NCBI GenBank assembly: GCA_016703065.1
Contig: JADJCU010000001.1
Coordinates: forward strand, 296,526 to 360,525
Direction: 5' to 3'
Length of the DNA stretch: 64,000 nt
DNA from: a bacterium
Lineage (GTDB): Bacteria; Electryoneota; RPQS01
Made by a program: the position numbers and the translations under genes. This document shows positions 10,084 through 18,381 of the stretch, in pieces. Positions within the stretch are counted from its first letter, which is position 1, and every line of letters starts with the position of its first letter. The notes below the pieces were generated by a model. The model saw nothing but the letters and a program-made list of their open reading frames with translations, made no database searches and was not told the DNA's origin.

Positions 10084-10137
10084 TGCAATTCGCTTCTATT
10101 CTCGTATTTCAATCCTCAAACACGGCGGACATCCTTC

Positions 10138-11217
10138 ATGAACCTGTATCGCGCACTCTTTATTGCGGCCCTTTGCTGCGTATCGCTCGCCAACGCTACC
10201 ATCCGCTACGTGTCCCCCAACCCCGGATCGGCACCCTACGCGACCATTACCGCGGCACATGCCGCTGCCGTGACCGGTGACACCGTCGTCGTCGGACCCG
10301 GTAACTATCCCGAAGCCCTCGCCGTCTCGGGCAAGAAAATCCACCTGATCGGCGCCGGTTGGGATGTCTGCACCTGGCAGGGCTACCTGCAATTCCATAA
10401 CACCGTGGCCAACGGATCAGCCGTTGAAGGATTCCGCTTCACTGCGGCCGGCTCGCACTCGATATATTGCCTCACCAATGTCGACTCCGTCACGGTCCGC
10501 CGTTGCTTCATAACGCCTACCGCCAGCCTGATGTCCGTGTATTCAACCGCTGGAAGAATGTACGTCAGCGACTGCGTGCTGAATTCCAGCAGCAACGCTG
10601 CTTTCTACATTCAAAACAGCGCCAACGGCAATATCGTCATCCGCAACACCGCTTTCAACTGCGTTACCCCCAACAACGCCTACACCGCTATCGCCGGTCC
10701 CAACAACGGCACCGTCGAAATCTACAACTGTGTCTTCTTGAACTTCACTCGCCAATTCGATCTCTCCGGTGTCCCACAGGTCATCGGTCTCAACAACATC
10801 TTCTGGGATTGGAATACAACCGCTACTTACGGGAACTTGCCGGTCGGCTCCGTCTTCGAATACTCCGCCGCCGGACAGGGTGCACCGGCTTTCCCCGCCA
10901 ACTTCTCGAACAACATCTCGCTGGGAACAAACAATCCTTTCGTCAACTACGACAACACCAGCTACACATTCGGAACGACTGATCTGCATCTGAACACAAA
11001 TACAGGCGGGAATCTCTGTCGGGATGCGGGCTACCCGTCCATTCAAGACCTCGACAGCACGGCCTCTGACCTCGGTGTCTACGGCGGACCCAAGCCGATG
11101 GTCGATCTCGGCATTCCGGCCTTTCCCTTTGCACTGAGTCTGGTCATCGACAACCTCGTTGAAGTCGGCGACAGCGTCAACGTCACATCCACGGGCCGCA
11201 TCGGGCCGCGCTACTAA
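10138..11217 (+). CDS. secreted right-handed parallel beta-helix repeat protein
   Basis: Start moved to ATG 10138, giving the signal peptide MNLYRALFIAALCCVSLANA. 'IRYVSPNPGS..YATITAAHAAAVTGDTVVVGPGNYPE' plus repeated N/G-rich coils are typical of pectate-lyase-fold proteins. Confidence 0.6.
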   Translation: MNLYRALFIAALCCVSLANATIRYVSPNPGSAPYATITAAHAAAVTGDTVVVGPGNYPEALAVSGKKIHLIGAGWDVCTWQGYLQFHNTVANGSAVEGFRFTAAGSHSIYCLTNVDSVTVRRCFITPTASLMSVYSTAGRMYVSDCVLNSSSNAAFYIQNSANGNIVIRNTAFNCVTPNNAYTAIAGPNNGTVEIYNCVFLNFTRQFDLSGVPQVIGLNNIFWDWNTTATYGNLPVGSVFEYSAAGQGAPAFPANFSNNISLGTNNPFVNYDNTSYTFGTTDLHLNTNTGGNLCRDAGYPSIQDLDSTASDLGVYGGPKPMVDLGIPAFPFALSLVIDNLVEVGDSVNVTSTGRIGPRY

Positions 11218-11235
11218 GCGAGGGACATATATCCT

Positions 11236-12924
11236 ATGAAACGGAGCCTGCTGCTGCTCTGTCTGTTGTGTTGCGTGCAGGCGCTCTCCGCCCTTACGCT
11301 CACACAAGCCGAGTATTTCCTCAACACCGACCCCGGTCTGAGAAACGGCATCGCCATTCCTATCTCGCCGGGCGATGACGTAAGCATCACCTTGCTGATG
11401 ATCCCGTCCACAATGCTCGATTCAAATGCGTCCCATGACGTGTTCATCCGCTACCGTGCCGACGACGGCCTCTGGAGCAACACCGAGCGCCGGCACTTCT
11501 TCGCGCATTTCCCCATTGCCAGCGGATACGCCGGGCGCGATATCACCGCCGTTGAGTACTGGTTTGATGATCAATCTCCCATCTTTGTCGAAACCGACGA
11601 CGACCCGACCATGACGTGGGCCGCGCTGATTCCGACATCCGGCCTGACCACCAACCGCGCGCACAAGTTCTCCACCCGCTTCTTCGGGTCGCACGGACAA
11701 GTCGGTGCCGTCGAATCCCGTTACTTCTTTATTCACGAACCCATTCCCGGTATCTGGTACAGCCGTGATGTCACTCATGTCGAATACCAGTTCGACTCCA
11801 ATCCACCCGTGCTGATCGACCTTGTGAATAGTCAGGAGATTGACTGGATCAGCCTGCTCCCGACCACCGGGCTGCAGGTCAATATGCAGCACAAGCTCAC
11901 CGTCCGCTATTTCGATGAAGACGGCAAGTGGAGTAACCCGGAAGCCCGCTACTTCTTCGCAATTCAATCACAAAGCGGAACGGTCGAGTATTTCGAGATC
12001 ACGCATGTCGAATACTCCTACGACGACGTCAACCCCATGCTTGTAGACGTCACCGATGGCCAAAGCGTCAGCTACGCCGCGCTCATCGCGTCGCTCGGAC
12101 TGCAAGTCAACCATGCGCACAAACTCTCCGTCCGCTATCTCGACAGCCGCGGCCTCTGGAGTAATTCCGAAGCCCGCTACGTGTTCGTCCACGAAAGCCC
12201 CATCGGTGTGGTCACGTGGTTTGACGTGGCGGCCGTGGAATACTGGATCGACGGCGGCGCGCCGCTCCAAGTGGACATTGCCGATGCGCACAATGTCAGC
12301 TATGCTGGACTTGTGGCGCACAATGCCGGTCCGGGACCGCACCATTTCTACTTCCGCTATGTGGAAGCGAGCGGACAGGTGAGCAACACGGAGCACCTCC
12401 CCTTCTTTGTCTGGAGCGGAGCCGGCCCCAGCTCTGCCGCAAGACTCGCAGGAGCAGAGTACTTCGTCAACGCCGACCCCGGGATGGGCAACGGAGTGCA
12501 GATTACCTTCCCGCAGGATGGCGCATGGGACGAACAGGATGAAAACACGCTCACGGTCCTGACTGGTCTGCCGGTCGGCGTGCATCGCTTCGGTATTCGC
12601 TTCAAAGATGAAGTCGGCAACTGGAGTCACACGCTCGCCGATACCTTCGTCGTCGGCCCGGCCCTCGTGATTTCGATTTCGGGGAATGACATTGTCCTGA
12701 GTTGGATTGCCAACCCTGACAATATTCCCTTCCACATCTATCGCGCCCCCGGCGTCGAAGGTCCTTACACCGAAATCGGCACCTCGAATTCCTTGAGCTA
12801 CACCGACACCGGCATTCTCAACACTGAGTCCCGCCGCGTCTATCACATCACCACGACGAACAACGGCATCTTGTCGAGCTTTAGATTGCCGGAAACGCCA
12901 CCCGCGCAAAAACACATCGACTAA
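11236..12924 (+). CDS. secreted protein with six tandem ~65-70 aa modules and a C-terminal Fn3-like domain
   Basis: Signal peptide MKRSLLLLCLLCCVQALSA. There are six repeats of the pattern '(A/V)EY(F/W/Q/S)xDxxP..(V/I)..........L......G...H.(F/L)..R(Y/F)....G.WSN.E.R.FF'. The first and last start with 'AEYF(L/V)N(T/A)DPG'. Confidence 0.6.
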   Translation: MKRSLLLLCLLCCVQALSALTLTQAEYFLNTDPGLRNGIAIPISPGDDVSITLLMIPSTMLDSNASHDVFIRYRADDGLWSNTERRHFFAHFPIASGYAGRDITAVEYWFDDQSPIFVETDDDPTMTWAALIPTSGLTTNRAHKFSTRFFGSHGQVGAVESRYFFIHEPIPGIWYSRDVTHVEYQFDSNPPVLIDLVNSQEIDWISLLPTTGLQVNMQHKLTVRYFDEDGKWSNPEARYFFAIQSQSGTVEYFEITHVEYSYDDVNPMLVDVTDGQSVSYAALIASLGLQVNHAHKLSVRYLDSRGLWSNSEARYVFVHESPIGVVTWFDVAAVEYWIDGGAPLQVDIADAHNVSYAGLVAHNAGPGPHHFYFRYVEASGQVSNTEHLPFFVWSGAGPSSAARLAGAEYFVNADPGMGNGVQITFPQDGAWDEQDENTLTVLTGLPVGVHRFGIRFKDEVGNWSHTLADTFVVGPALVISISGNDIVLSWIANPDNIPFHIYRAPGVEGPYTEIGTSNSLSYTDTGILNTESRRVYHITTTNNGILSSFRLPETPPAQKHID

Positions 12925-12932
12925 CAACTAAA

Positions 12933-12960
12933 ACGGCGACCCGCGGGTCGCCGTTTCTTA
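12933..12960. terminator. bidirectional rho-independent terminator
   Basis: Perfect 10-bp stem ACGGCGACCC/GGGTCGCCGT followed by TTCTTA, with AAAA on the other side. It sits between convergent genes. Confidence 0.7.
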
Positions 12961-12980
12961 TGTGCAATTGCGTCAAGCTC

Positions 12981-13505
12981 CTACTTCGTCGGCTTCTGAA
13001 TCGTCTTGAGCGCCTTGACATAGTGGCTCTTCACACCATTGTTCTCTTCGCTCGCTGCCAATTTCTCGAAGACCGGCACGAGCTTTGCCCGCGTCTTGGG
13101 GTTGGCCTTGGCAATCGCGGCCAGCGCCAATGCTGCGGCCCAGCGGACAATCGTCCCGTCGTGTTTCGAATTTAAGAGCAACGACGGGATAGACGCAGAG
13201 ACTTCTGTGGGAAAGGCCTGGGCGCAGTTAGCAATCACCCGGCTGGCCTCGCGCTGAATCGCCGGGGCCAAGTTAGAAGTCTCGCCTATTATCCACTCGA
13301 GCTGACGTGCGGCGGTTTCGGGTTCCGTGCGCGTGACCTCCTCGATCGCTTCGAGAATCTGTGCTCGCTCAGGCCATTTTGCGCGCTCATAATACGTGCG
13401 CAGCTCGGCGATGCCTGTCTCCGCCGATCTCGCCCTATCGCACAGTACCGCAATTCGCGCTTTGCCTTTGTAGGTTTTGAAAATGGTGCCAATATCTGTC
13501 AGCAC
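12981..13505 (-). CDS. hypothetical protein, HEAT/armadillo-like helical repeats
   Basis: The ORF has coding-like composition. Helical repeats ('RWAAALALAAIAKANPKTRAKLVPVFEKL') resemble HEAT repeats. No diagnostic motif was recognised. Confidence 0.4.
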   Translation of the reverse strand: MLTDIGTIFKTYKGKARIAVLCDRARSAETGIAELRTYYERAKWPERAQILEAIEEVTRTEPETAARQLEWIIGETSNLAPAIQREASRVIANCAQAFPTEVSASIPSLLLNSKHDGTIVRWAAALALAAIAKANPKTRAKLVPVFEKLAASEENNGVKSHYVKALKTIQKPTK

Positions 13506-13526
13506 TTTGTCACCCTGTAAGAGCGG

Positions 13527-13907
13527 TCACCCGACTCGCATCACCCCTGCCGTACGTTCCGTCCCCAACACGATTTTGAACTTCCCCTTCTGCTCGGGAT
13601 AGAATGCAATCACCGTCGTGTGCCCCGCTGGCAGCAATTCGTAGATCTCAAGCTCGTTGATCTCGAGAATCTCGTCATCCGGCTCCGTGTCAAACCGGTG
13701 AATCAGCCATTGCACCGGCAGATTACACGTGATGTCGTACTCGACGGGCTCAAGGACTCCGTTCTTCAGTTTGGACTCAAACTGCTGCAGCTTGCGCTCC
13801 TCCCGAGGCACCCGGTGACCGGACCTGCCCCGAAAATAAAAATACCAAAAGACCGCCGCCACGAATGCCACCCCGGCAACCATCTTCCAAAAGCTTATAA
13901 TATCCAC
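13527..13907 (-). CDS. hypothetical single-pass membrane protein
   Basis: N-terminal transmembrane helix (FWKMVAGVAFVAAVFWYFYF) followed by a small beta-rich domain. It lies in tandem with the 12981 gene. Confidence 0.4.
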   Translation of the reverse strand: MDIISFWKMVAGVAFVAAVFWYFYFRGRSGHRVPREERKLQQFESKLKNGVLEPVEYDITCNLPVQWLIHRFDTEPDDEILEINELEIYELLPAGHTTVIAFYPEQKGKFKIVLGTERTAGVMRVG

Positions 13908-14127
13908 TTAACCCTCAATGTTCTATTCTGCAACCTAATTTATAACATTTCCTTAACAACGCAAGTCATAATTTAATTCAACATCAAAACACTTCACGTC
14001 CAAGTACTGAGCGGGCCTATGAGAAACCGGGAACATTCGTGAAAGCTGGTTCGTATTATTCTTGAAGCCGGAGGAATTCAGGGGCCTCCGTTGCTCGGCA
14101 GCCAATCAACACAGAAAGGACTGGACC

Positions 14128-14394
14128 ATGGTGATTCTCAGCGTACAAGAGGCTGCGAAGTTTCTCGGTAAAACCCCGGCCGCTCTTCGTAACGGGTATA
14201 AGCGGTGGGGTGTTCCACACTTCCGGCTCGGCGGGCAGATTAAGTTCACCCAAGAAGCCCTCCAAGAGTGGGTGGAAAAAGGGATGACCGTTGAGTCGGT
14301 CGACCCGGCCGCTGCGGCCAAGAATGGCCGGCGCGCCCGTCGGGCTCCGGTGGAAACTAAAGCGACTTCGCACTCTGGAACCCGCATCGGGTAA
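14128..14394 (+). CDS. helix-turn-helix DNA-binding protein (excisionase/MerR-superfamily HTH type)
   Basis: Start moved to ATG 14128, with an AAAGGA RBS upstream. 'LSVQEAAKFLGKTPAALRNGYKRWGVPHFRLGGQIKFTQEALQEWV' fits the excisionase-family HTH pattern, and the tail is basic. Confidence 0.6.
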   Translation: MVILSVQEAAKFLGKTPAALRNGYKRWGVPHFRLGGQIKFTQEALQEWVEKGMTVESVDPAAAAKNGRRARRAPVETKATSHSGTRIG

Positions 14395-14420
14395 ATCCGG
14401 AGCTAAGGACCTATGTACAG

Positions 14421-14452
14421 ACGGGCGGTAGACATACCGCCCGTTTCTCGTT
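14421..14452 (+). terminator. rho-independent terminator
   Basis: 10-bp stem ACGGGCGGTA/TACCGCCCGT with a GACA loop, followed by TTCTCGTT. Confidence 0.7.
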
Positions 14453-14513
14453 GACCCGGAACCGATCTTGGGGCGCACCCCGACTCCGGCAGAAATCTCT
14501 ATTTCCCTTGGAT

Positions 14514-14542
14514 TTGGAGATTCGACTTTTCTTTCGTATATT
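14514..14542 (+). promoter_or_regulatory. promoter of RRM gene 1
   Basis: TTGGAG (14514-14519), a 17-nt spacer, then TATATT (14537-14542). The same boxes and spacing recur at 15179-15207. Confidence 0.55.
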
Positions 14543-14548
14543 GATTTC

Positions 14549-14754
14549 CAGTATCACGGACGGGGCCTGCCCCGCTACCGTGAGACAAAGTTCGCGATTT
14601 CGGTTTGTGTTCCTGTCCGTTGTTTCGCCGATATGTCCCTCGTCGATTCCGCAGCAGTTTTCACGGAAGTCGTTCGAGGGCGTTTTGCTCTCAAAAATCT
14701 GATCTGTTGATTGCGCAAGTCGTTTATTCGCAGATTTTTAGGGACAATGGAGAA
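14549..14754 (+). promoter_or_regulatory. conserved long 5' leader of RRM gene 1 (candidate cis-regulatory RNA)
   Basis: About 205 nt lie between the predicted TSS and the ATG. Block 14618-14692 (GTTTCGCCGAT..TGTCCCTC..CGATTCCG..CACGGAAGTCGTT..GAGGGC..GCTCTC) is conserved in the second leader (15285-15358), as is GGGACAATGGAGAAATG at the start codon. Confidence 0.45.
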
Positions 14755-15039
14755 ATGACGATGGCAACACGTCTTTATGTCGGAAACCTCCCGTTCAGTG
14801 CAACGGAAGATGAAGTTCGTACCCTGTTCAGCGAATTCGGTACGGTTGAAACCGCAGAATTGGTCATGGATCGCGATACCGGTCGTCCGCGTGGCTTCGG
14901 CTTCGTGCAGATGGACGCCGAAGGCGCCGCAGCTGCGATCAAGAAGCTCGATGGCCGTGACATGGGCGGTCGGGCCCTGAACGTCAACGAGGCCAAGGAG
15001 CGTACCGCCTCCCGCCCCCGTCGCGAAAACAACTGGTAA
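14755..15039 (+). CDS. RNA-binding protein, single RRM (RNP-1/RNP-2) domain
   Basis: RNP-2 'LYVGNL' and RNP-1 'RGFGFV' motifs with a basic C-terminal tail. GGAG RBS before ATG 14755; ATG 14761 is also possible. Confidence 0.9.
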   Translation: MTMATRLYVGNLPFSATEDEVRTLFSEFGTVETAELVMDRDTGRPRGFGFVQMDAEGAAAAIKKLDGRDMGGRALNVNEAKERTASRPRRENNW

Positions 15040-15132
15040 CCAGCCTTCCGCTGGACCGGCTGTACTGACCCAGGCTCTTGCGGGCTGAGGCAGCGCGACA
15101 GCAAGGTTGGCAGCTTCAATGCAAGCCAAAAG

Positions 15133-15160
15133 GCCTGCCCCGGAAGGGGTGGGCTTTTTT
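15133..15160 (+). terminator. rho-independent terminator
   Basis: Hairpin GCCTGCCCC-GGAA-GGGGTGGGC followed by TTTTTT. Confidence 0.8.
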
Positions 15161-15178
15161 GCGCGCGGTCGAACGGAT

Positions 15179-15207
15179 TTGGAGATTCTGACTTTTCTTT
15201 GTATATT
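15179..15207 (+). promoter_or_regulatory. promoter of RRM gene 2
   Basis: TTGGAG (15179-15184), a 17-nt spacer, then TATATT (15202-15207). It duplicates 14514-14542. Confidence 0.55.
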
Positions 15208-15213
15208 GCGGCC

Positions 15214-15422
15214 GTATGATGGACGGGCATCCGGCTCGCAACCATCCTCTGCAAGATCGCGATTTCAGTTAGTGTCAGCCTGTACGTCGTTTCGCCGATT
15301 GTCCCTCAGCGATTCCGAAGCAGTGTCCACGGAAGTCGTTTGAGGGCATTTCGCTCTCGTAAGTTATCGTCCGCGAAAAGTCAAGAAACTTGTTCGCAGT
15401 AACCAAGAGGGACAATGGAGAA
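15214..15422 (+). promoter_or_regulatory. conserved long 5' leader of RRM gene 2
   Basis: About 209 nt long, sharing conserved blocks with the first leader (15285-15358 versus 14618-14692). Confidence 0.45.
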
Positions 15423-15713
15423 ATGGCAATGGCCACACGTCTGTATGTTGGTAACCTCCCGTTCAGCGCGACGGAAGACGAAATTCGCACCATGTTTGGC
15501 GAATTCGGCACGGTGGAAGCCGTGGAGTTGGTGATGGATCGTGAAACCGGTCGCCCGCGTGGTTTCGGTTTTGTCCAGATGGACGCCGAAGGCGCCGCCG
15601 CCGCGATCAAGAAGCTTGACGGTCAGAATCTGGGCGGTCGCCCCCTGAACGTCAATGAGGCTCGCGAGCGTACCGCTCGCCCGCCCCGCCAGCGCCGCGA
15701 AAGCAACTGGTAA
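15423..15713 (+). CDS. RNA-binding protein, single RRM domain (paralog 2)
   Basis: Near-identical to the 14755 gene ('LYVGNLPFSATEDE', 'RGFGFVQMDAEGAAAAIKKLDG'). Start at ATG 15423 behind GGAG. Confidence 0.9.
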   Translation: MAMATRLYVGNLPFSATEDEIRTMFGEFGTVEAVELVMDRETGRPRGFGFVQMDAEGAAAAIKKLDGQNLGGRPLNVNEARERTARPPRQRRESNW

Positions 15714-15774
15714 CCAGCGTTCCTCGCCGTTGTGGGTCGTCAGACCCGCAATCGTAGTCAGCCCGAACTAAAAA

Positions 15775-15800
15775 GCCTGCCCCGAAAGGGGCAGGCTTTT
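15775..15800 (+). terminator. rho-independent terminator
   Basis: Perfect hairpin GCCTGCCCC-GAAA-GGGGCAGGC followed by TTTT. Confidence 0.85.
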
Positions 15801-15850
15801 GTCTTTCGCATCTGTCGGCACCGCCGTAGCTTTGCAGATGTGATAAACGT

Positions 15851-17365
15851 CTACCGAAGCAAGATCGCTTTGGTTGAACGGATCGTCTCATTGGTTTGTA
15901 ATTGTATCCAATATGTTCCTGACGCGAGTCCTGCCATGTCAATCGGCACCTTGTGCGTTCCGGCGGGCAAGAAGATGTTCCGATTCATGCCGGCTGACCG
16001 TCCGAGCAAATCTTACATCGTGATTTGAGCAATGCCCGAAGTTTGTAAATCAAACTGGAGCGTCGCCTGCGCATTGAACGGATTGGGAAAGACGGACAGG
16101 TCGAGATTACCGGGCAACAATGGTTCGTACGGTGACACAGGACTCATGTCCGGACTCAAACGAATCAACCACATATCGCCGGTGGTATATGGCTCGAATC
16201 GAGTGTGCCAACCGGCAACTCCGGCCGCTGCAAAACCGCCATCTCGGAGGCTGATCAAGGCTTCGCCATCACGGTACAAATCTTGGAACCAGCTTCTGGC
16301 CCACACACTGTCTCCTGCGGAATCTACTTTGGCCATGTACAACGCTTGACCATTTGTCCCTGCCGGATCATCTCGTCCTGCTGCTATTACGCCCCCATCT
16401 TCCGTCGCCGCAAAGGCCTCAATCCCTAGTTGATTTATCCCCGCCAGATCCTTATCCCACATGTAATTCCCCATGGAATCCGTTCGTACAATCCACGCAT
16501 CGTCATACGTTTGACTCAGGCTGGCACTATACCCCCCCAAGAAAAATCCCCCGTCCGGTGCCAATGCGATGGCCCGCCCTTCTTCAGGACCTCCGTAACC
16601 GAATGTGCGGCTCCACAAGCTGTCCCCGTCAGGGGACACCTTGATCATCCAGAAGTCTGAGAACTCCCTGCACCATAAGAATCTGTAAAGCCGCAGGCAA
16701 CGTAGCCGCCTGTCTGGTGCAAGAGTGACAGCCCACCCGTAGTCCCACGCCGTGCTCCCACCGAATGATCGTGTCCAGAGCGTGTCACCGTCGCTACTGA
16801 ACTTCACCACCCAGAGGTCAGGCGAACCGCTCTACCTGCATCGGCCTGTTGCTACATAGTTTCCGTCCTCAACTGCAACCATGTCTTCAAACCATGTCCC
16901 GCCTCGTTCATCGCCAATCACGTTAGTCCAAACCGTGTCACCGTTCAAGCTGAGACGAAGCAACCAACCCAACGCTGGCTCCGGATTTGCCGGAGGGTAT
17001 CGTCCAATCTGGCCTGCGGCCATGTATCCGTCCTCCAGAACGAAAATCTTGGTGATGTAATCCGAGTATGCCCAGCCCCAACTATGGCTCCATTCTTCAT
17101 TGCCGAGCGAATCCACCTTAACCACATACGCATCAGCATTGCGCGTTTCAAATGTCTCGGCATTCCACGTTTCACCTGCGATGATGAACCCGCCATCAGG
17201 TGTCTGCGCAACAGAATGTGCAAGATCGTGATACTGCCTGCCGTATCTTCGCGTCCACAGCGTATCCGGTGGCTGGGCGTGCGCAAGAATGTTCCCACCC
17301 AACAACAAAAGCGCGAACCCCACCCGCTTCAAAAGATTGAAAACAGATAGAATTCGCGTGCTCAT
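15851..17365 (-). pseudogene. T9SS-sorted beta-propeller-like repeat protein, interrupted by two in-frame stops and one compensated frameshift pair
   Basis: Signal peptide (MSTRILSVFNLLKRVGFALLLLGGNILAHA) and repeated 'PDGG(F/Y)..AG......D.W(V/L/I)(V/I/R)K(V/L)...GD..W' blades. An in-frame TAG lies at 16832-16834. Frames shift by +1 and -1 between about 16660 and 16725; the alternative frame reads 'GGYVACGFTDSYGAGSS'. An in-frame TAA at 16013-16015 sits inside the T9SS tail ('PNPFNAQATLQFDLQTSGIAQITM*DLLGRSAG..LPAGTHKVPIDMAGLASGTYWIQLQ..ILLR'). It could instead be sequence error. Confidence 0.6.
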
Positions 17366-17456
17366 GTTCGTGGCCTCCGGGCTAAGTTGCTCCGACAGTT
17401 TCCCAAGACCTGAAGCAAAGGTACAACTTCGCCCGGTCCTTAGCAAATCCCCCCCG

Positions 17457-17813
17457 TCACATCACCTCCTCGTCCTCCGCTCGCCACGCCGGGTCAACTA
17501 TACACAAAAACTCTAAATCCCCGGGACCTAAACTGGTGATCCGCTGCGTTAAAGAGGGGGCAATATAAATGGTGTCCCCCGGCCCGACCTCGCTCAACTT
17601 GCCGTCCAGCTCCATCCGGCCCCGGCCAGCGAGAATGTAATACACCTCGCTGGTCCGAAGCCTGTGGAGTAAAGAGGTCAGCCCGGGAGCGAGTTTTGCA
17701 TGGGCCAGAGAATATCCAACGGACAAGACCCCCTTGTCGGGATGCAAAATCTCCCGCAATTGGGTCCCATCTCCAGCCGTAAACTCTTCACAATCAAGTA
17801 GTCGGCGTTTCAT
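17457..17813 (-). CDS. cupin domain protein
   Basis: 118-aa ORF with a cupin-like core ('HRLRTSEVYYILAGRGRMELDGK..VGPGDTIYIAP'). Confidence 0.6.
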   Translation of the reverse strand: MKRRLLDCEEFTAGDGTQLREILHPDKGVLSVGYSLAHAKLAPGLTSLLHRLRTSEVYYILAGRGRMELDGKLSEVGPGDTIYIAPSLTQRITSLGPGDLEFLCIVDPAWRAEDEEVM

Positions 17814-17870
17814 TCCCGTCCTCTCTACGGAAGCGCTGAGCTCTTATTCAAGTGTGGCATATCCGCCCCA

Positions 17871-18224
17871 CTACTTCTGCGAGAAAATCCCTAATTTGTA
17901 GCCATCGGGCATCTCAAACATCCCGATAAATCCCATATTATCAGGTAGCGGGCGCTTTTCCTGAATCGTTTTCGCCCCCAGTGCAACGGCCTTGGCAAGT
18001 GTGGCATCAATGTCGCTTACTTCGATGTAGTTCTGTCCCCCGCAATCCACAACCTCTTCGACGTGCAGCAGACCCCCCGACACCCCGGCGGGGTTGCCAT
18101 CAAGGTTGATCATCCAGTAGCCCTCCATCATGGGCCTGATCTCCCAGCCGAAGAGCTTGCGGTAAACCTCCGCCGACTGTTCCATGTTACTCGTGACCAA
18201 TTCGATGTGACAAAAACCGTGCAT
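17871..18224 (-). CDS. VOC (glyoxalase/bleomycin-resistance/dioxygenase) family protein
   Basis: Start moved to ATG 18224. 'HGFCHIELVTSNMEQSAEVYRKLFGWE' and a C-terminal 'GMFEMPDGYKLGIFS' are typical of the VOC fold. Confidence 0.7.
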   Translation of the reverse strand: MHGFCHIELVTSNMEQSAEVYRKLFGWEIRPMMEGYWMINLDGNPAGVSGGLLHVEEVVDCGGQNYIEVSDIDATLAKAVALGAKTIQEKRPLPDNMGFIGMFEMPDGYKLGIFSQK

Positions 18225-18381
18225 GGGTCCCTCCGGTGGGGTGTGGTTCGCGGGCCGAAAGATGAAAATTGAAACTTCGCGGCGGCCCTCCTGAGAATAG
18301 AACTTTTGCCGAATATTCGCAATCTTTTGACTACCGATTTTATCTTCACCCTCGATTTCGAAACCAGTTAGGACACATGGC

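Noticed and set aside
14451-14710. ORFs of 80-83 aa upstream of the first RRM gene (and 15107..15343 upstream of the second).
   Set aside because: They overlap the promoter and the conserved leader. They have no RBS, and conservation between the two copies is at nucleotide level, not protein level.
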